In this document: piece by piece, positions 1-12,875 of the stretch
Numbering within the stretch: position 1 is the first letter of the stretch
Layout: each line of letters opens with the position of its first letter
Source: Lama guanicoe
Lineage: Eukaryota
DNA length: 64,000 nucleotides
Assembly: GCA_013239625.1 (NCBI GenBank)
Contig: MU053482.1
Location: 3,185,922-3,249,921, forward strand
Reading direction: 5' to 3'
The notes under the pieces: generated by a model
What the model saw: only the letters and a program-made list of their open reading frames with translations
The model's database searches: none
Told to the model about the DNA's origin: nothing
Position numbers and translations under genes: made by a program

Positions 1-642
1 CCACTCCTGGGCTTGTATCCAGAAGGAAATCTACTTCAGGATGACACCTGCACCCCAATGTTCATAGCAGCACTATTTACAATAGCCAAAACATGGAAAC
101 AGCCTAAATGTCCATCAACAGGTGACTGGATAAAGAAGAGGTGGTATATTTATACAATGGAATACTACTCAGCCATAAAAACCAACAACATAATGCCATT
201 TGCAGCAACATGGATGCTCCTAGAGAATGTCATTCTAAGTGAAGTAAGCCAGAAAGAGAAAGAAAAATACCATATGAGATCGCTCATATGTGGAATCTAA
301 AAAACAAAAACAAAAACAAACAAACAAACAAAAACAAAGCATAAATACAGGACAGAAATAGACTCATGAACAGAGAATACAGACTTGTGGTTACCAGGTG
401 GGTAGAGGGTGGGAAGGGATAGACTGGGATTTCAAAATTGTAGAATAGATAAACAAGATTACACTGTATAGCACAGGGAAATATACACAAAATGTTATGA
501 TAAATCACAGAGAAAAAAATGTGACAATGAGTGTGTATATGTCCATGAATGACTGAAAAATTGTGCTGAACACTGGAATTTGACACAACACTGTAAAATG
601 ATTATGAATCAATAAAAAATGTTAAAAAAAAGAAAGAAGAAA
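1..642 (+). mobile_element. Young lineage-specific LINE-1 3' end (ORF2 C-terminus, 3' UTR, poly(A)); continues off the left edge
   Basis: ORF 13-300 CTPMFIAALFTIAKTWKQPKCPS..WIKK..YYSAIK..SLICGI* is the L1 ORF2 C-terminus, open in frame. AATAAA at 611-616 is followed by an A-rich tail. Confidence 0.95.
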
Positions 643-1624
643 TAAGCATGAAGTAGGAGATAAGAACACATGCTATGAGCTTTAGTAAAACTGTATAATA
701 ACTCAAATCAGAGAAACAGTGTTTCTTTTCTAATACTCTAAAGTACCAGAAACAGATCATTTTACACCCACACATATTTATTCAATGCACAATTCTGGTG
801 TTATGCCAATAACTCTTCGCTTAACTAAGAATTCCTCTCTGGAAATAAGTAATTGTGGTTGGATTTTAAATACAAATAAATTAAGAACAAAAATTTAGCT
901 TAAGTCCTCTTAAGAAAACAGATGTTTTCTTTTCACTATTAAAAAAAAGATCGATCAAGCCTCCTATTCACTTAAGAAGAAATTAGTAGTTTTATTTAAA
1001 CTTATCTGAATTAGAATGACATAAAAGTACTCTGAATCTAGAAAGATGAAAAATCTCTGATTTCAGGGAATGAAATATGAATGACACTAGCAATGAACTA
1101 AAATGTCACATTCCATACATGGTAAGATTGAACCTTTTATTTCAACTCATGAAAGAAAAACAGAAAATCTGATAGCAAATCTGGCACTTATAATGAGACA
1201 AAGATAAATGCAATCTCCAGTATGTCCATTAGCAAACATCTTAGGGGAAAATAAACTTTGTAGGATTCAAGAAGCAGAACACACAGGCAAAAAGAATAAA
1301 CAGAAGAAGTGAGATGAAGGAAAGCAAAATTATTTTAATCTGACACAGCTCTTCAAATAATACGGTACGTAGAGAAAAAGAATATAAGAGAGTGTTTCTA
1401 TTAAGACAAAAACTAAATATATTGAAAACAGGATGAAGAATAAATAGAAAAAATGTATTAAAATTGTGTACTTACGATGGAGAACAGAAAAGAGGAATTT
1501 TTTCATCTTTTCCTCCACCAAATTATCTTTCTAAAGCATCAAAGAACGGTTGTTATCTGACGGAAATCATTCTCTAACAAGGATATACATGCTTAAAGTA
1601 ATTAGATTCTTTGGTGGCATTTAC

Positions 1625-1745
1625 CCCAAGCTTTATTGAGGTATAACTAACAAATAGAATTGTAAGATATTTAAAGTGTACAACATGATGATTTGATATA
1701 TGTATACATCATTAAAGGATTTCCCCTCATATTAACACATCTAAA
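1625..1745 (-). mobile_element. Old L1 (L1MA-like) 3' terminal fragment
   Basis: gctttattgaggtataactaac..atttaaagtgtacaacatgatgatttgata is a typical L1 3' end in reverse. Confidence 0.65.
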
Positions 1746-1954
1746 ATGGTACATTTAAAAAAAATCTTATGTATTTTTATATAAAACTCATAAAATAAAT
1801 ATTTGCAGAGAATAAATAAAATATCAAAATATAAACAAACTTGTTTCATCTAATATTTCTCTGTAAGAATTATATGTCAAATAAGGAAATAGAATACAAT
1901 TATTAAAGATTTCTAAATGTGTTTAAAACAATTAAAACATTGCTATATTTTTAA

Positions 1955-2110
1955 GTCAGATATTTACTGAGAGTCTACCACATGACAAGTATTCCACTAA
2001 ATGCTGAAGATGCAGTAGGCAAATAAGCAAGACATAATCCTTGCCTTCATAATGATTATTTTCTAGCAGGGCAGTAAAACATAAGTCAGAGGTGTGATAA
2101 GTGCTACTCA
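1955..2110. mobile_element. L2 3'-end fragment
   Basis: agatatttactgagagtctaccacatgacaag..tgctgaagatgcag..aagacataatccttgccttcat resembles L2. Confidence 0.55.
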
Positions 2111-2489
2111 GAAAAATCACTCAATTTTTCACTTTCTGGAACATTTCATATTAGACAGCAGTAACTTACTAACAAACTTTAGTAAAATTCACAAGTGAAA
2201 TTACTGAGACTGATGTTTCTCTTACATGCAGTTTTTAAAACCTGAATCCATTTCTTTAATGCTTAGAGTCCTTTTGAGATTTTCTATTTCTTTTAGTCAA
2301 CTTTCATAATTTATTTTTCTCTAGAAAACTAGAAATTCTAAATTTTATTAAAAATTTTTGTATTTTTAGACTAAATCTGTTCAAAGTTGCTATTTTAATT
2401 TCTTAAAATCTCAACATGAGCCCTTTATATTTCTGACATTATTAGTGTGTACTATTTCTACTATTTCTTGACCAATGTTCAGGGGAATT

Positions 2490-2695
2490 TGCCCAATACT
2501 GACTCCATCATTTATAAGTTGTGTGGAATTAAGTAAAGTTTTTAACTTCTCTGGGCTCAATTTCCTCAATTTTAAAGTAGGAATAAGAATAGTAATTTCC
2601 CTAAAGGCCACTTAAGGAATTCAACAAGATAATATATGTAAAGCACTTAGAACATGCTTGACAAATAAGTGCTAATAAATGTTACATATTGTTAC
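2490..2695 (+). mobile_element. MIR SINE
   Basis: ttaacttctctgggctcaatttcctca..gataatatatgtaaagcacttagaaca..taataaatgtt is the MIR core and tail. Confidence 0.75.
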
Positions 2696-3664
2696 TAAGT
2701 GTGGATTTATTTTCATGCATCTTGTTTGGAACACAGTATGTTTCTTCAATCTAAAAATCTCATGATTTTCCTTAATATTGGAAAACTTACAGCATTTATC
2801 TTCCTTTCAGATATTGTCTCTTATTTATTCTCTCTATTCTCTGGTTCTGAAACTTTTATTAGCTCTAAGTTAGGCCCTCTCATTCTCTTCCATTTTCTTA
2901 ATATTTTATCTATATATGTATTTTTCATGTATCAGTGCTGTTTTCTAGGTGATATCCTCAAATCCCTCTTCAAACTCTCTCTTCAAATGATTATACAACA
3001 CTATAGTAAAAAATATATTATGGCACATAGAAAAAGAATGCAAAAGTTTACTGAAGGAAAATCACTGACAACTTTTATTTCAATTACTGTATTTTTTCAT
3101 TTCTAAGCATCTCTTTCAAATCTAGCTGTTCCTCTTTTATATTACACAAGTTTTCCACTAAGATTCCTATTCCTTCTTTTAATTTCTAATCATTTTAAAC
3201 AAACTTTTAAAAAAATTTCTTCTTGAAGTGTAATTGATTTACAATATTGTATTAGGTTCAGGTGTACAGCATAGTGATTTAACATTTTTACAGATTATAA
3301 TCCATTGATTATGATATGGATGACTTCATCATTGTTACAGAAATTCTTGGCGTCAGTGAACAAATAAATGTATTCTTTTAGATGGTTTTTCCATGAAATA
3401 ATACAAATAATCCCAGAAATGTATATTTCTATCCCAAGTACTAGCAGTTCTAATCTTTTCCATAAATCATCTTTTTAATAAAGAACTGCAATATATGTTG
3501 TGTATTTTCTGAAGTAATTGTGACAATAATGATAACAAATACATTTGGGTAGTATGTTAAGAATTTACATAATCCTTTAAGTAAATTTAAAACACAGTAT
3601 CTCTCCTTTGTTCCTTACAACCACTTTGGGAAGGCGATAGGCCAGGATTTACTACCCTCATTTT

Positions 3665-5485
3665 ATTTATTTTTATTGAAGTATAGTTGGTTTACAACAC
3701 TGTGTTAATTTCTGGTGTATAGCATAGTGATTCAGTTATATATATATATGTGTGTGTGTGTAGGTAGGTAGGTAGGTAGGTAGGTAGATAGATAGGTAGA
3801 TATATAGATTTCCTTTTCATATTCTTTTTCATCATAGGCCATTACAAGGTATTCAGTATAGTTCCCTATGTTATACAGTAAGATCTTACTGTTAATCTAG
3901 CTTATATATAGTAGTTAGTATCTGCAAATCCCAAACTCCCAGTTTATCTTTCCACATTCCCCTTTCCCCTCCAGTAACCACAATTTGTTTTCATGTCTGT
4001 GATTCTGTTTCTGTTTTGTAAGTAAGTTCATTTGTGTTACTTTGTTAGATTTCCCATATAAGTAATGTCATACAGTATTTTTCTTTCTCTTTCTGGCTTA
4101 CTTCACTTAGAATGACATTCTCCAGGTTCATCCATGTTGCTGCAAATGGCGTTATTTTATTCTTTCTTATGGCTGAGCAGTATTTCATCACAACTTCTTT
4201 ACCCAGTCATTTGTGAATGGACTTTTATGTTGCTTCCATATCTTGGGTATTGTAAATAGTGCTCTTAACACTGGAGTATATGTATCTTTTTAAATTAGAG
4301 TTTCCCCTCCGGATATATGCCCAGGAGTGGGGTTGCTGGATCATAGGGTAAGTCTATTTTTAGTTTTTTAAGGAATCTCCATACTGTTTTCCATAATGGT
4401 TGCACCAAACTACATTCCCACCAACAGTGTAGGAGGGTTCCCTTTTCTCCACACCCTCTCCAGTATTTATCTTTTGTAGACTTATTAATGATGGCCATTC
4501 TGACTGGTGTGAGATGATACCTCATTGTAGTTTTGATTTGCATTTCTCTGATAATTAGCGATATTAGCATTTTTTCATGTGTCTATTTGTCATTTGTATG
4601 TCTTCATTGGAGAAATGTTTCTTTAGTTCTTCTGCCCATTTTTGGATTGGGTTTTTGTTGTTGTTGTTGTTGTTGTTTGTTTGTTTTTTGGTCTTACTTA
4701 AGTCTTTAAGCCATTTCTGAGCTCTCAAATTCTGTTCCATTGATCCATATGTCTGTTTTTGTGCCAATACTATGCTGTTTTGATTACTATAGCTCTGTAG
4801 TGCTCTGTGAAGTCGGGGGGGGGGGTTATTCCTCTGGCTTCAATCTTTTTCTTCTTTCTACTTTTGCAATACTGGGTCTTTTGTGATTCCACATAACTTT
4901 TAGGATTATTTGTTCTAGTTATGTGAAAATGTCCTGGGTAATCTGACACAGATCGCATTAAACCTATAGATTGCTTTGGGCAGTATGGTCATTTTAGCAA
5001 TATTAATTCTTCTAATCAAAGGGTATGGAATATCTTTCCATTTCTTTAAATCATCTTTAATTTCCTTAATCAATGTTTTATAGTTCTCCATGTATAAGTC
5101 TTTCACCTTGGTCTCGTTTACTCCTAAGTTGTTTTTTTTTTGATGCACTTTTTAAAAGGGACTGTTTTTGTTGTTGTTTTTAACTTTCCTTTTCTGATAT
5201 TTCATTGTTAGTGTAAAGAAATGCAAAGGAATTCTGTATGTTAATCTTATATCTTGCTACCTTGCTCAATTAGTTTATCAGCTCTAGTAGTTTTTGTGTG
5301 GAGTCTTTAGAGTTTTCTATATATAGTATCATGTTATCTGCATATAGTAACAATTTTACCTTTTCTCTTCCAATCTGGATCCGTTTTATTTCTTTTTCTT
5401 GTCTTACTGCTATGGCTAGGACTTCCAATACTATGTTGAATAGAAATGGTGAGAGTGAATATCCTTGTCTTCCCAATTTTTAGTG
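3665..5485 (-). mobile_element. 5'-truncated L1 (ORF2 3' part and 3' UTR) with internal deletions, inserted in a MIR
   Basis: ORFs 4295-4570, 4915-5148 and 5270-5476 are L1 ORF2 peptides ([49 protein letters not shown]). TSD ccctcatttt at 3655-3664 and 5592-5601. Confidence 0.93.
3737..3808. repeat. Compound microsatellite (TA)n(TG)n(TAGG)n(TAGA)n in the L1 3' UTR
   Basis: Directly visible. Confidence 0.9.
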
Positions 5486-5591
5486 TTTTTTGATTTGTTT
5501 TATTTTTTTAATGGAGGTACTGGGGATTGAACCCAGACTTCATGCAAGCTAAGCATCCACTCTACCACTGAGCTATTTCCCTCCCCCCCAC
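5486..5591 (-). mobile_element. tRNA-derived SINE (camelid Vic-1-like)
   Basis: Minus strand: GGGAGGGAAATAGCTCAGTGGTAGAG (A box)..GGGTTCAATCCCCAGTACCTCCA (B box), then an A-rich tail. Confidence 0.88.
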
Positions 5592-8500
5592 CCCTCATTT
5601 TAGACATAAAGATTGAGGTCCAAAGCTGTTGGTTCATGTGCACATACAGAAATAAACACTATACTCTCACTTACTATTCTTTAGTGGTACACATCTGATC
5701 ATCTATTACTGTAATTCTTTTTTGTTTTCTGCTAATTCTGGATATTAAAGTCCTACAACACTCCCCACCTATTTTAGTGCGTCAATCATTAGTATAAAAT
5801 AGTAACTGAGACTCCAAATCTACCAGACACACAACACTGCTATAAGCATTATGAAAACATCATGTAATCTCAATTCTAAGACATATCTTTTAGCACTTCA
5901 ATGTTTCAACGATAGATCTTCCAATTAACATCCAAAGAAGCCTGCTGGTGACTATGCAGAGAAGTAAGTTATGACACTACTATAAACACAAATGTGCATT
6001 TAAATATTTATCTGTTCATCTGAGTATTATCTTGGTTGAGATATCTGAATTTGTGGCACGAAATGTGACTGAATTTTAATTCGAACTGAATCCCTAGGTA
6101 TCTGACAAATTTTTTTAAAAGATTATACTGTGATGCTGCTCTGAAACAGAAAGTAAGAATATACATATAAAGTTGAATACCACATACCAGGTAAGATAAT
6201 TAAGTACAGTGGGAAAATGTGAAATCTTTAAGAACTGATTGCTGAATTCCAAAGCCAGGACAGAATTTATACATCAGGGAAAATTCAGGTATTCTTTTCC
6301 AAACATTCCAATGAAGCACTGACAGATCAATTTTCTAAAACTCTTCTTTTGTCACGTTATTCTCCAGCTAGAGAATCTATAATAGCTTCTTATTGCCTCC
6401 TAATTCAAAGACACACCTCTACACAATTTTCAAGGCCATCCATTAACTGGTTTCATAAATTTATGCAATTTTCATTTCCATTTTCCCCTCACTTCTGCCT
6501 CCCTGAGTCTCTGCTTCAGTCATGTCAGTCTCTTAAAGGAAGTTCCCATCTTTCCTACAACCCTGCCTTGATTTGTTCACTTTCCCCCATTATCTTCTTC
6601 TAAACAAATAAAACCCTGTCCTACCCTCAAATGCAACTCAAGTCTTAATCTACTTAATTTTCAGTTCCTGCTGTAGTTAGAGACACTCTTAAATTATCAA
6701 TGACACTTACCTATTTATTTATTTCTTAACTATTGCTTTGTTTGTTTCCTAACTTAGATCTTAAGAGCTTTGGAAATATAAACCCATCATCCATCCTTTC
6801 TCTTATCCACTAGAGGAAATTCTATTAGAAAGAACAGGAATTTTTTCCTATCTTCTTGAAAGATAGTAAACTAAATCTCAGAGAAATTAAATGAAATGCC
6901 CAGATCAAAGAGCTAAATACAAATAGTTCAACCTAGACAAAAACCCTTTTTAGTCACTTTTCCCTTCAACATAGTATTGACACCTGAGTTAAGGAGCAAA
7001 ACAAAAGGTATATATCAAACCCAGGTCCTATTTCGCTTTTTACCTTAATATAAAAAATAAAGTTAGAAACAGAGCCACTATATACTTCTATTACTTACAT
7101 GCAAACCCACTGACATTCCTCTTTCTCAATTAGACTGAAAGTTTATGAACACTGAATAGTTCCAATACAAATTAGGTGTGGTTACTGCAAGGGGAGGGGA
7201 TAGAGAGAATTAGTTATGCACTTCCTAAGAGACACGAAGTTGTATTTAACCTTGGTAAAGCAGCTTAAGAGTCTCTCTTGGGTGCTATTTACACATTTTT
7301 TTTTCCCTGATTTCAGTCATGCAATACAATTCCATTTGGGATTTCACGTAAAGTTGGAATGCTGCATTCCCTAAGGAAAGAACAGTGTTTAGTTTAAAAA
7401 AAAAAAAAAAGGAATGTGATACTTCTGGTCAAAAGTTCTCTTTCTGGAATTCATGATAAATGAAAAGAATTTTGGCTGTTTCTATGCTGTTCTACACCCC
7501 ACAAGCAACGTGCAGTTCCTCATGTCACTACAACCTGGTTATTCCCTGAAACAACTGATCTTATTACAAAACAAGTTAAAGAAACAAACAAAGCCTCCTT
7601 CAGTTCCTGCCTTGATTCATTATTAGAATTCACCTTTCCTTTCACCTCACCCACAATTCCAGATATTGAATGCCAAATGTTGGTCTCACTGAAAGACAGG
7701 ACATTATACAATTTAAACATCAGCGAAATTGAATTCAGCTATCCTTAGTCACTGACTGATGACTCTATTCCTATTTGTACATTTTTAGAGTAATACTATG
7801 TCCTTCCTGGAAGTTCTTTTTGCATTCCAGATTACAACAGGGACTGAAGTACAACAAAGGAAAAATGCAAAAAGTCAAGTATCAGGACAAGAGTTAGAGG
7901 CATACACACATATGTAGGTAAGTCTGGGTCAAACTCCTATTCAGTAAGATAATAATTTTAATACAAAATTTTAAATAAAATTTCAAATACTTAATTTAGC
8001 CTAAAACAACTTCCACCCAATATCAGAGATAATGATTAAAGTAGTGAAAATTTATTTCTAAAACTTAAAACTGTTATAAAATAATTTTATAAGAATACTA
8101 GAAATCACACTTAAACAGTTATACACATTCTGTATCTAAACTGACCAAGGTTCATTCAACAAATGACAATTATCTTTACTTCTACTGCTGATTACCTGCT
8201 GGGAGCACCAAAACAAAAAACAACAAAAAAAAATCCTTCCTCTGTTAAAGTCACATCTGCAGGAAAAAGGCTACTAAATAAAGAACAGTCTGCTCTTCCA
8301 AGTTAATATCCTGCCAGTAGATACTTTGCAATGCTCAGGGCTGAAAACTGTTTTCAAAGAAATAATTTTCTATTTTCATATACTTAAGGCATAAATTCCA
8401 GACTCAGAAAATTAAAATGGTAGTTGTACTATTATTTAATATTAATATATTCTACTGAATAAGTCTGCCACTTTTGCCTGAGGCTCTGATTTGTACCATA

Positions 8501-8754
8501 TTTTCTAAAACCCCATAATAACAAAAATTGTCTCAGTAGTTCTCTTCCCCCTTGCCTTTGAGCAAATCTATTCACCATCTATGATTTTCATGTGTAAATA
8601 CTAGTATCAACAACAAACTAGAGACAAATTTCATTTTGAAAAATCCAGAAAGTGAGAATATGGATATATGTACAGATAAAAATTTTGAAATAAAACAACA
8701 AGCACTACTCTTGTTGAACTGCACTTAATCTTTCAAATAAGCAGAAGTTTAGGT

Positions 8755-9310
8755 TTTTCCCTTCCTCCCTCCCCAGCTCCTGCCAAACACCATTCTACTT
8801 TCTGTTTCTAAAAGTTTGACCGATTTAGAGACCTTACATAAGTGCAAGCATACAGTGAACCTCAAGGTTCATCCATGTTGTACCATGTGACAGGATTTCT
8901 TTCTTTTTTAAGGCCAATATTCCATTGTATGTATATACCACATTTTCTTTATCCATTCATCAGTCAATAAACATTTGAGTAGCTTATACATTTTAGCTGT
9001 TCTGAATAATGCTGCTCAGAATACAGGTGTACAAATATCTCTCTGAGACTCTACTTTCAATTCTTTGGGGTATATATCCAGAAGTGGAATTGCTAGATCA
9101 TATGGCAATTCTAGTTTTAATTTTTTGAGGAACTACCATATAGTTTTCCACAACAGCTACACCATTTTACAGTCCCACCAGTAGTGGACAAAAGTTCCAA
9201 ATTCTCCACATCCTTGCTAACACTTGCTATTTTCAGGATTCTGGAAAGTAGTCATCCTAATGGGTGTGATCAAAATCACTGTGGTTGTGATTTACACTTC
9301 CCTATTTATT
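8755..9310 (-). mobile_element. Old L1 (L1MA/MB-like) 3' region
   Basis: ccattctactttctgtttct..caaggttcatccatgttgtac..ccagaagtggaattgctagatcatatgg. Confidence 0.85.
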
Positions 9311-10860
9311 ACTGACGGTTGACAACATTGAAGGAATCATCTCCAGTCAGAGATATGGAATTGACATTCAAAAGAGAAAATAATCAAGCACAGAGACGTA
9401 ACTGAAATACATTTAGATAACAGTCAAAACCTTCAGGTAACATTGGTTTGTTTCTTCCATCCCACTTAGCCTGTTTTTTTCCTTGAACTTTGCCAGTCTC
9501 TCCTTATTCTATAGAGTACTCTCTCTTTCAATTCAATTCTGTTCTTAAGAAAGGATTTAATGTGAATTTGGGAATGTTTCTGATTTCTCCTAGGGACATT
9601 TACATATAAAGCTTTAACATCCTTTATATAAGGAAAGATATTTTTCCCCCATTTGGTAAGGAGAATCTTTAAGCCACAACTGTAAGGCAGAGATACTCGA
9701 GCGCTGGTACTCTCAAGCCAATTTTCGAGATGACTAACTAGTAGTTGGTCACTTATTTCACCTAAGGCTAACCACTTTAGAAATAAAACAATCAACATGG
9801 ATATAAGAATATACTTTGGTACCCACCAAGTATTTACTTGGAGATCTATAGAATAAACTATGTATCTCTTATGTACTTTAGAGTTTAGAGCAAGAACTCA
9901 AAGCTGGTCCTGAAAATCTCCTTCATACTTAAATCATCAGAATTTTCCAACCTCACTTCTTCAATACCTTCAATTATGCACAATACCACCAAAACTCTAA
10001 AAACAGGCCCAATGAGCAAACAGGGAGTAAAACTAGACATCAAAAAATCTTTGTTAAAAGGCATTTGATTTTCCTTGTAGGAGAACCCTTTGGCTCTCAC
10101 TGAGTTACTGAATACTATCAGTCTACACACAATTTTAGCAAATTTAATGAAATGACTTTCCAATCTATAACAAATGCATCTACATTGGGGTTGAAGATGG
10201 AGACATGTAAGTCTGAATAAAGCACAGTCATCTAGGTTGGCCCTCCTACCTGCATATTGCATATTACTTGCAAGCATCACTTATTACAGCATATTATGAG
10301 AACTGATACTCATATTGAGTAGCCTTACTCATCAAAGATTAAATTATATAAGTATGCAATTTTAGAAAGGTGCGAAACTCACAAGATACATACCTTTGCA
10401 GCTGTATGCACACACATACACACACTTTGTTTACACCTTTCTTCTGCTTTCTGCCAACAGCTACCCAATTTTGATTCTTTTATGAGTCACCACATAAGTA
10501 GCTCATTATTTTGGCTTTACCACTCCCTGCTTACTCACACCATACCAACCACCTGACGAAACTGGAGGAAACCCTCCCCTCATTTACCCTACTGAAAGCA
10601 AAGCATGCACTGGGATTAGAGTATCACAAGATATTACAAAACTGAACCTAAGAATGTTCTGCTTTGAAAAAGAAAGGCAGAAAGGAAGAGTACTGAGGAA
10701 AAGAAATGGAAGAGAAATGGGAGTAAGCACTGAGACATGAGGCCCAGCTAACAAACACAATTTGAATAAAAATATTCATTCTTCCTCTCTTAATGGTTTA
10801 TTTATGATAGATACTTTCGGTATAACATACTACTAATACTTGTTCTGCTTTCTTCCTCTT

Positions 10861-11783
10861 TTTTTGTTTTTTAAATGAATCAGTTATTTAATTAGGTTCT
10901 CTATAGTAAGTTTAGAACACCAATTTGTGAGGATAAATTCCATCTGTGAGAACAAACACAGAGCGGAAGTAGCCCTGGAGCTGAGGAACAGCTTTGATCC
11001 TTCACAGAATTTGAGTCCACAGCTTTCTGATCAACCTCATGCTGCTCTGTAATCTCATATTTCTCTTTCTCTGTGTTAAAGATCTCACCTTCCTAGTGTC
11101 TGGGCTTATGCAGCTTCTTTTTGAAGTAAGCATCAGTGAGATGTTCTGGGATTTTTCATACCACTAATGTCAATTTTGGTTGAGGTGGCAACAACAAATT
11201 TCTGGTGTGTTCTACAGAGAGGAATTCAATTGAGGGACAGAGGTCCAGTCACAAGAAGCAAACTACTCCTCAGCTGCTTCAGGAAAATGACCCTCTTGCC
11301 TCTGTGGCAACCAGTGAGGATGATGAGAATGGTCCTGGGAGTGATACTGGCACACAGTTTCCTCACATGCTTACTGGACGGTTTCTTGCCATGGCTCAAC
11401 AGCTTTCGAGGTACATCTTCAGTAGGAGATCTAGATTTTGCTAAGTTTAACCACACAGGTGCCACCATTCTTGTCACCACCAACTGGTTTTATGACAGTA
11501 GCAAGAACCCTCACCTTTTTTTTCTTTTCAATCTTGGATTTAGCTGCTGAATACTTCCTCCTGTACAAGGCCTTTCTGGAATACACAGCCGATCAGGAAT
11601 ATCGGCCAATTCCTCTGACTAGGACAGGGTTTCAGCTGCAGTGGGGCATCCCCTTCTTAACCCTCGTACCCTTTTTAACCTTGCAGCCAGCAGCATCAGC
11701 CTTCTTGCCTTCAGATTTTTTTCTCCTTAGTGTCTGGATTCTCAGTTTTTTCTTTCACCTGCCATTTTGCAAGATGGGAAAGC
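10861..11783 (-). pseudogene. RPL6: RPL6 (60S ribosomal protein L6) processed pseudogene, full length
   Basis: Intronless. Starts CTTTCCCATCTTGCAAAATGGCAGGTGAAAG (ATG 11765-11763). Encodes remnants such as [51 protein letters not shown] and ends ..PHKLVF* (TAA 10914-10912). ATTAAA at 10892-10887, poly(A) at 10872-10861, 9-bp TSD cttcctctt at 10852-10860 and 11784-11792. Disabled by TGA 11228-11226, TAG 11095-11093 and indels. Confidence 0.95.
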
Positions 11784-12159
11784 CTTCCTCTTAATATCAT
11801 TAGGAAAAACTAAAGATTATCCCTGCTATCTGAGTAGTTTTATAAAACTCCACAATTATCCAATACTTTGTTTAGCCTTTTTGCACCTCTCCTTGTTCTT
11901 TTTTTGCTATCTTCATTAGGTTTTCTGTATTGCTGCTTACAGTGATGCTGTTTTCATATAATTCAGTGCAATGCTTTCTGTATTTTCAACGTTCTGGAAC
12001 TGTTCTAACAATTTAAGAATTATCAGTTGCCTGTTAACGAGCTGCACTAGAAAGAGTAGTAGGTCAATAAATGGGCATGCTGCCCTTTCTTATGACAAAT
12101 CTCTAACAACTCTTTTCTTAAAACTTTATAAAAATTTTTATTAAAAGTTTTCATCTTAG

Positions 12160-12320
12160 TATAGCACAGGGAAATATATACAAGACCTTGTGGTAGCTCA
12201 CAGCAAAAAAAATGTGACAATGAATATATGTATGTTCATGTATAACTAAAAAATTGTGCTCTACACTGGAATTTGACACAACATTGTAAAATGACTATAA
12301 CTCAATTTCAAAATGTTGAA
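12160..12320 (+). mobile_element. Very short young L1 3' end with TSD
   Basis: Same 3' UTR as 468-625 and 60533-60700. 17-bp TSD (2 mismatches): aaaagttttcatcttag 12143-12159 and aacaggtttcatcttag 12321-12337. Confidence 0.9.
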
Positions 12321-12337
12321 AACAGGTTTCATCTTAG

Positions 12338-12875
12338 AATAATTTTAGACTTACAGGAAAGTTGTAAATACAGTAGAATTCTTGTCTATTCTTTACCAGT
12401 TTCCTCTAATGTTAACATCTTATATAGCCATGATACATTTGTCTGAATTAAGAAATTATCATCAGTGAAATACGATTAACTAAGCTACAGACTCTATGCA
12501 GATTCCCACTTTCCCCACCATGGTCCCTTTTCTGTTTCAGGATACCAAATGTATTTAGTGTCATGACCCCTTAGTCTCCTATGATCCATAATAGACAAGC
12601 AATCTTTGCTTTTCTTTCTTTTTTTACCCTATAACATGACAGTTTTTAAAAGCACTGGTCAGAAATTTGGTAGTGTCCTGCAATTTGGGTTTGTCTAAGG
12701 TGTCCTCATGCCTATACAGTCGTTATGAGTTTGAGGAAGAATGTCACAGAAGTAAAGGTCTTTCATATTGCATCATTATCAAGTGGTACAGTCCATCAAC
12801 ATGACTGACAACATCAACGTTGATGACTCGAATGACTTAGATAGTACCAGTGTTTTTCACTTCATCCATTGTTAT
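12338..12875 (-). mobile_element. Ancient L1 (L1MC/MD-like) 3' UTR
   Basis: aataattttagacttacaggaaagttgtaaatacagtaga..tttcctctaatgttaacatctta. Confidence 0.7.

Noticed and set aside
5510..5585. tRNA gene (also 44370-44445)
   Set aside because: A/B boxes are present, but the A-rich tail, TSD and degenerate cloverleaf show these are SINEs.
9466..10280. Minus-strand ORFs of 110 and 131 aa as extra SBF2 exons
   Set aside because: No similarity to the SBF2 protein as I recall it, and no convincing splice framing.
11167..11794. Plus-strand ORFs 11167-11550, 11205-11444 and 11438-11794
   Set aside because: They are antisense shadows of the RPL6 pseudogene.
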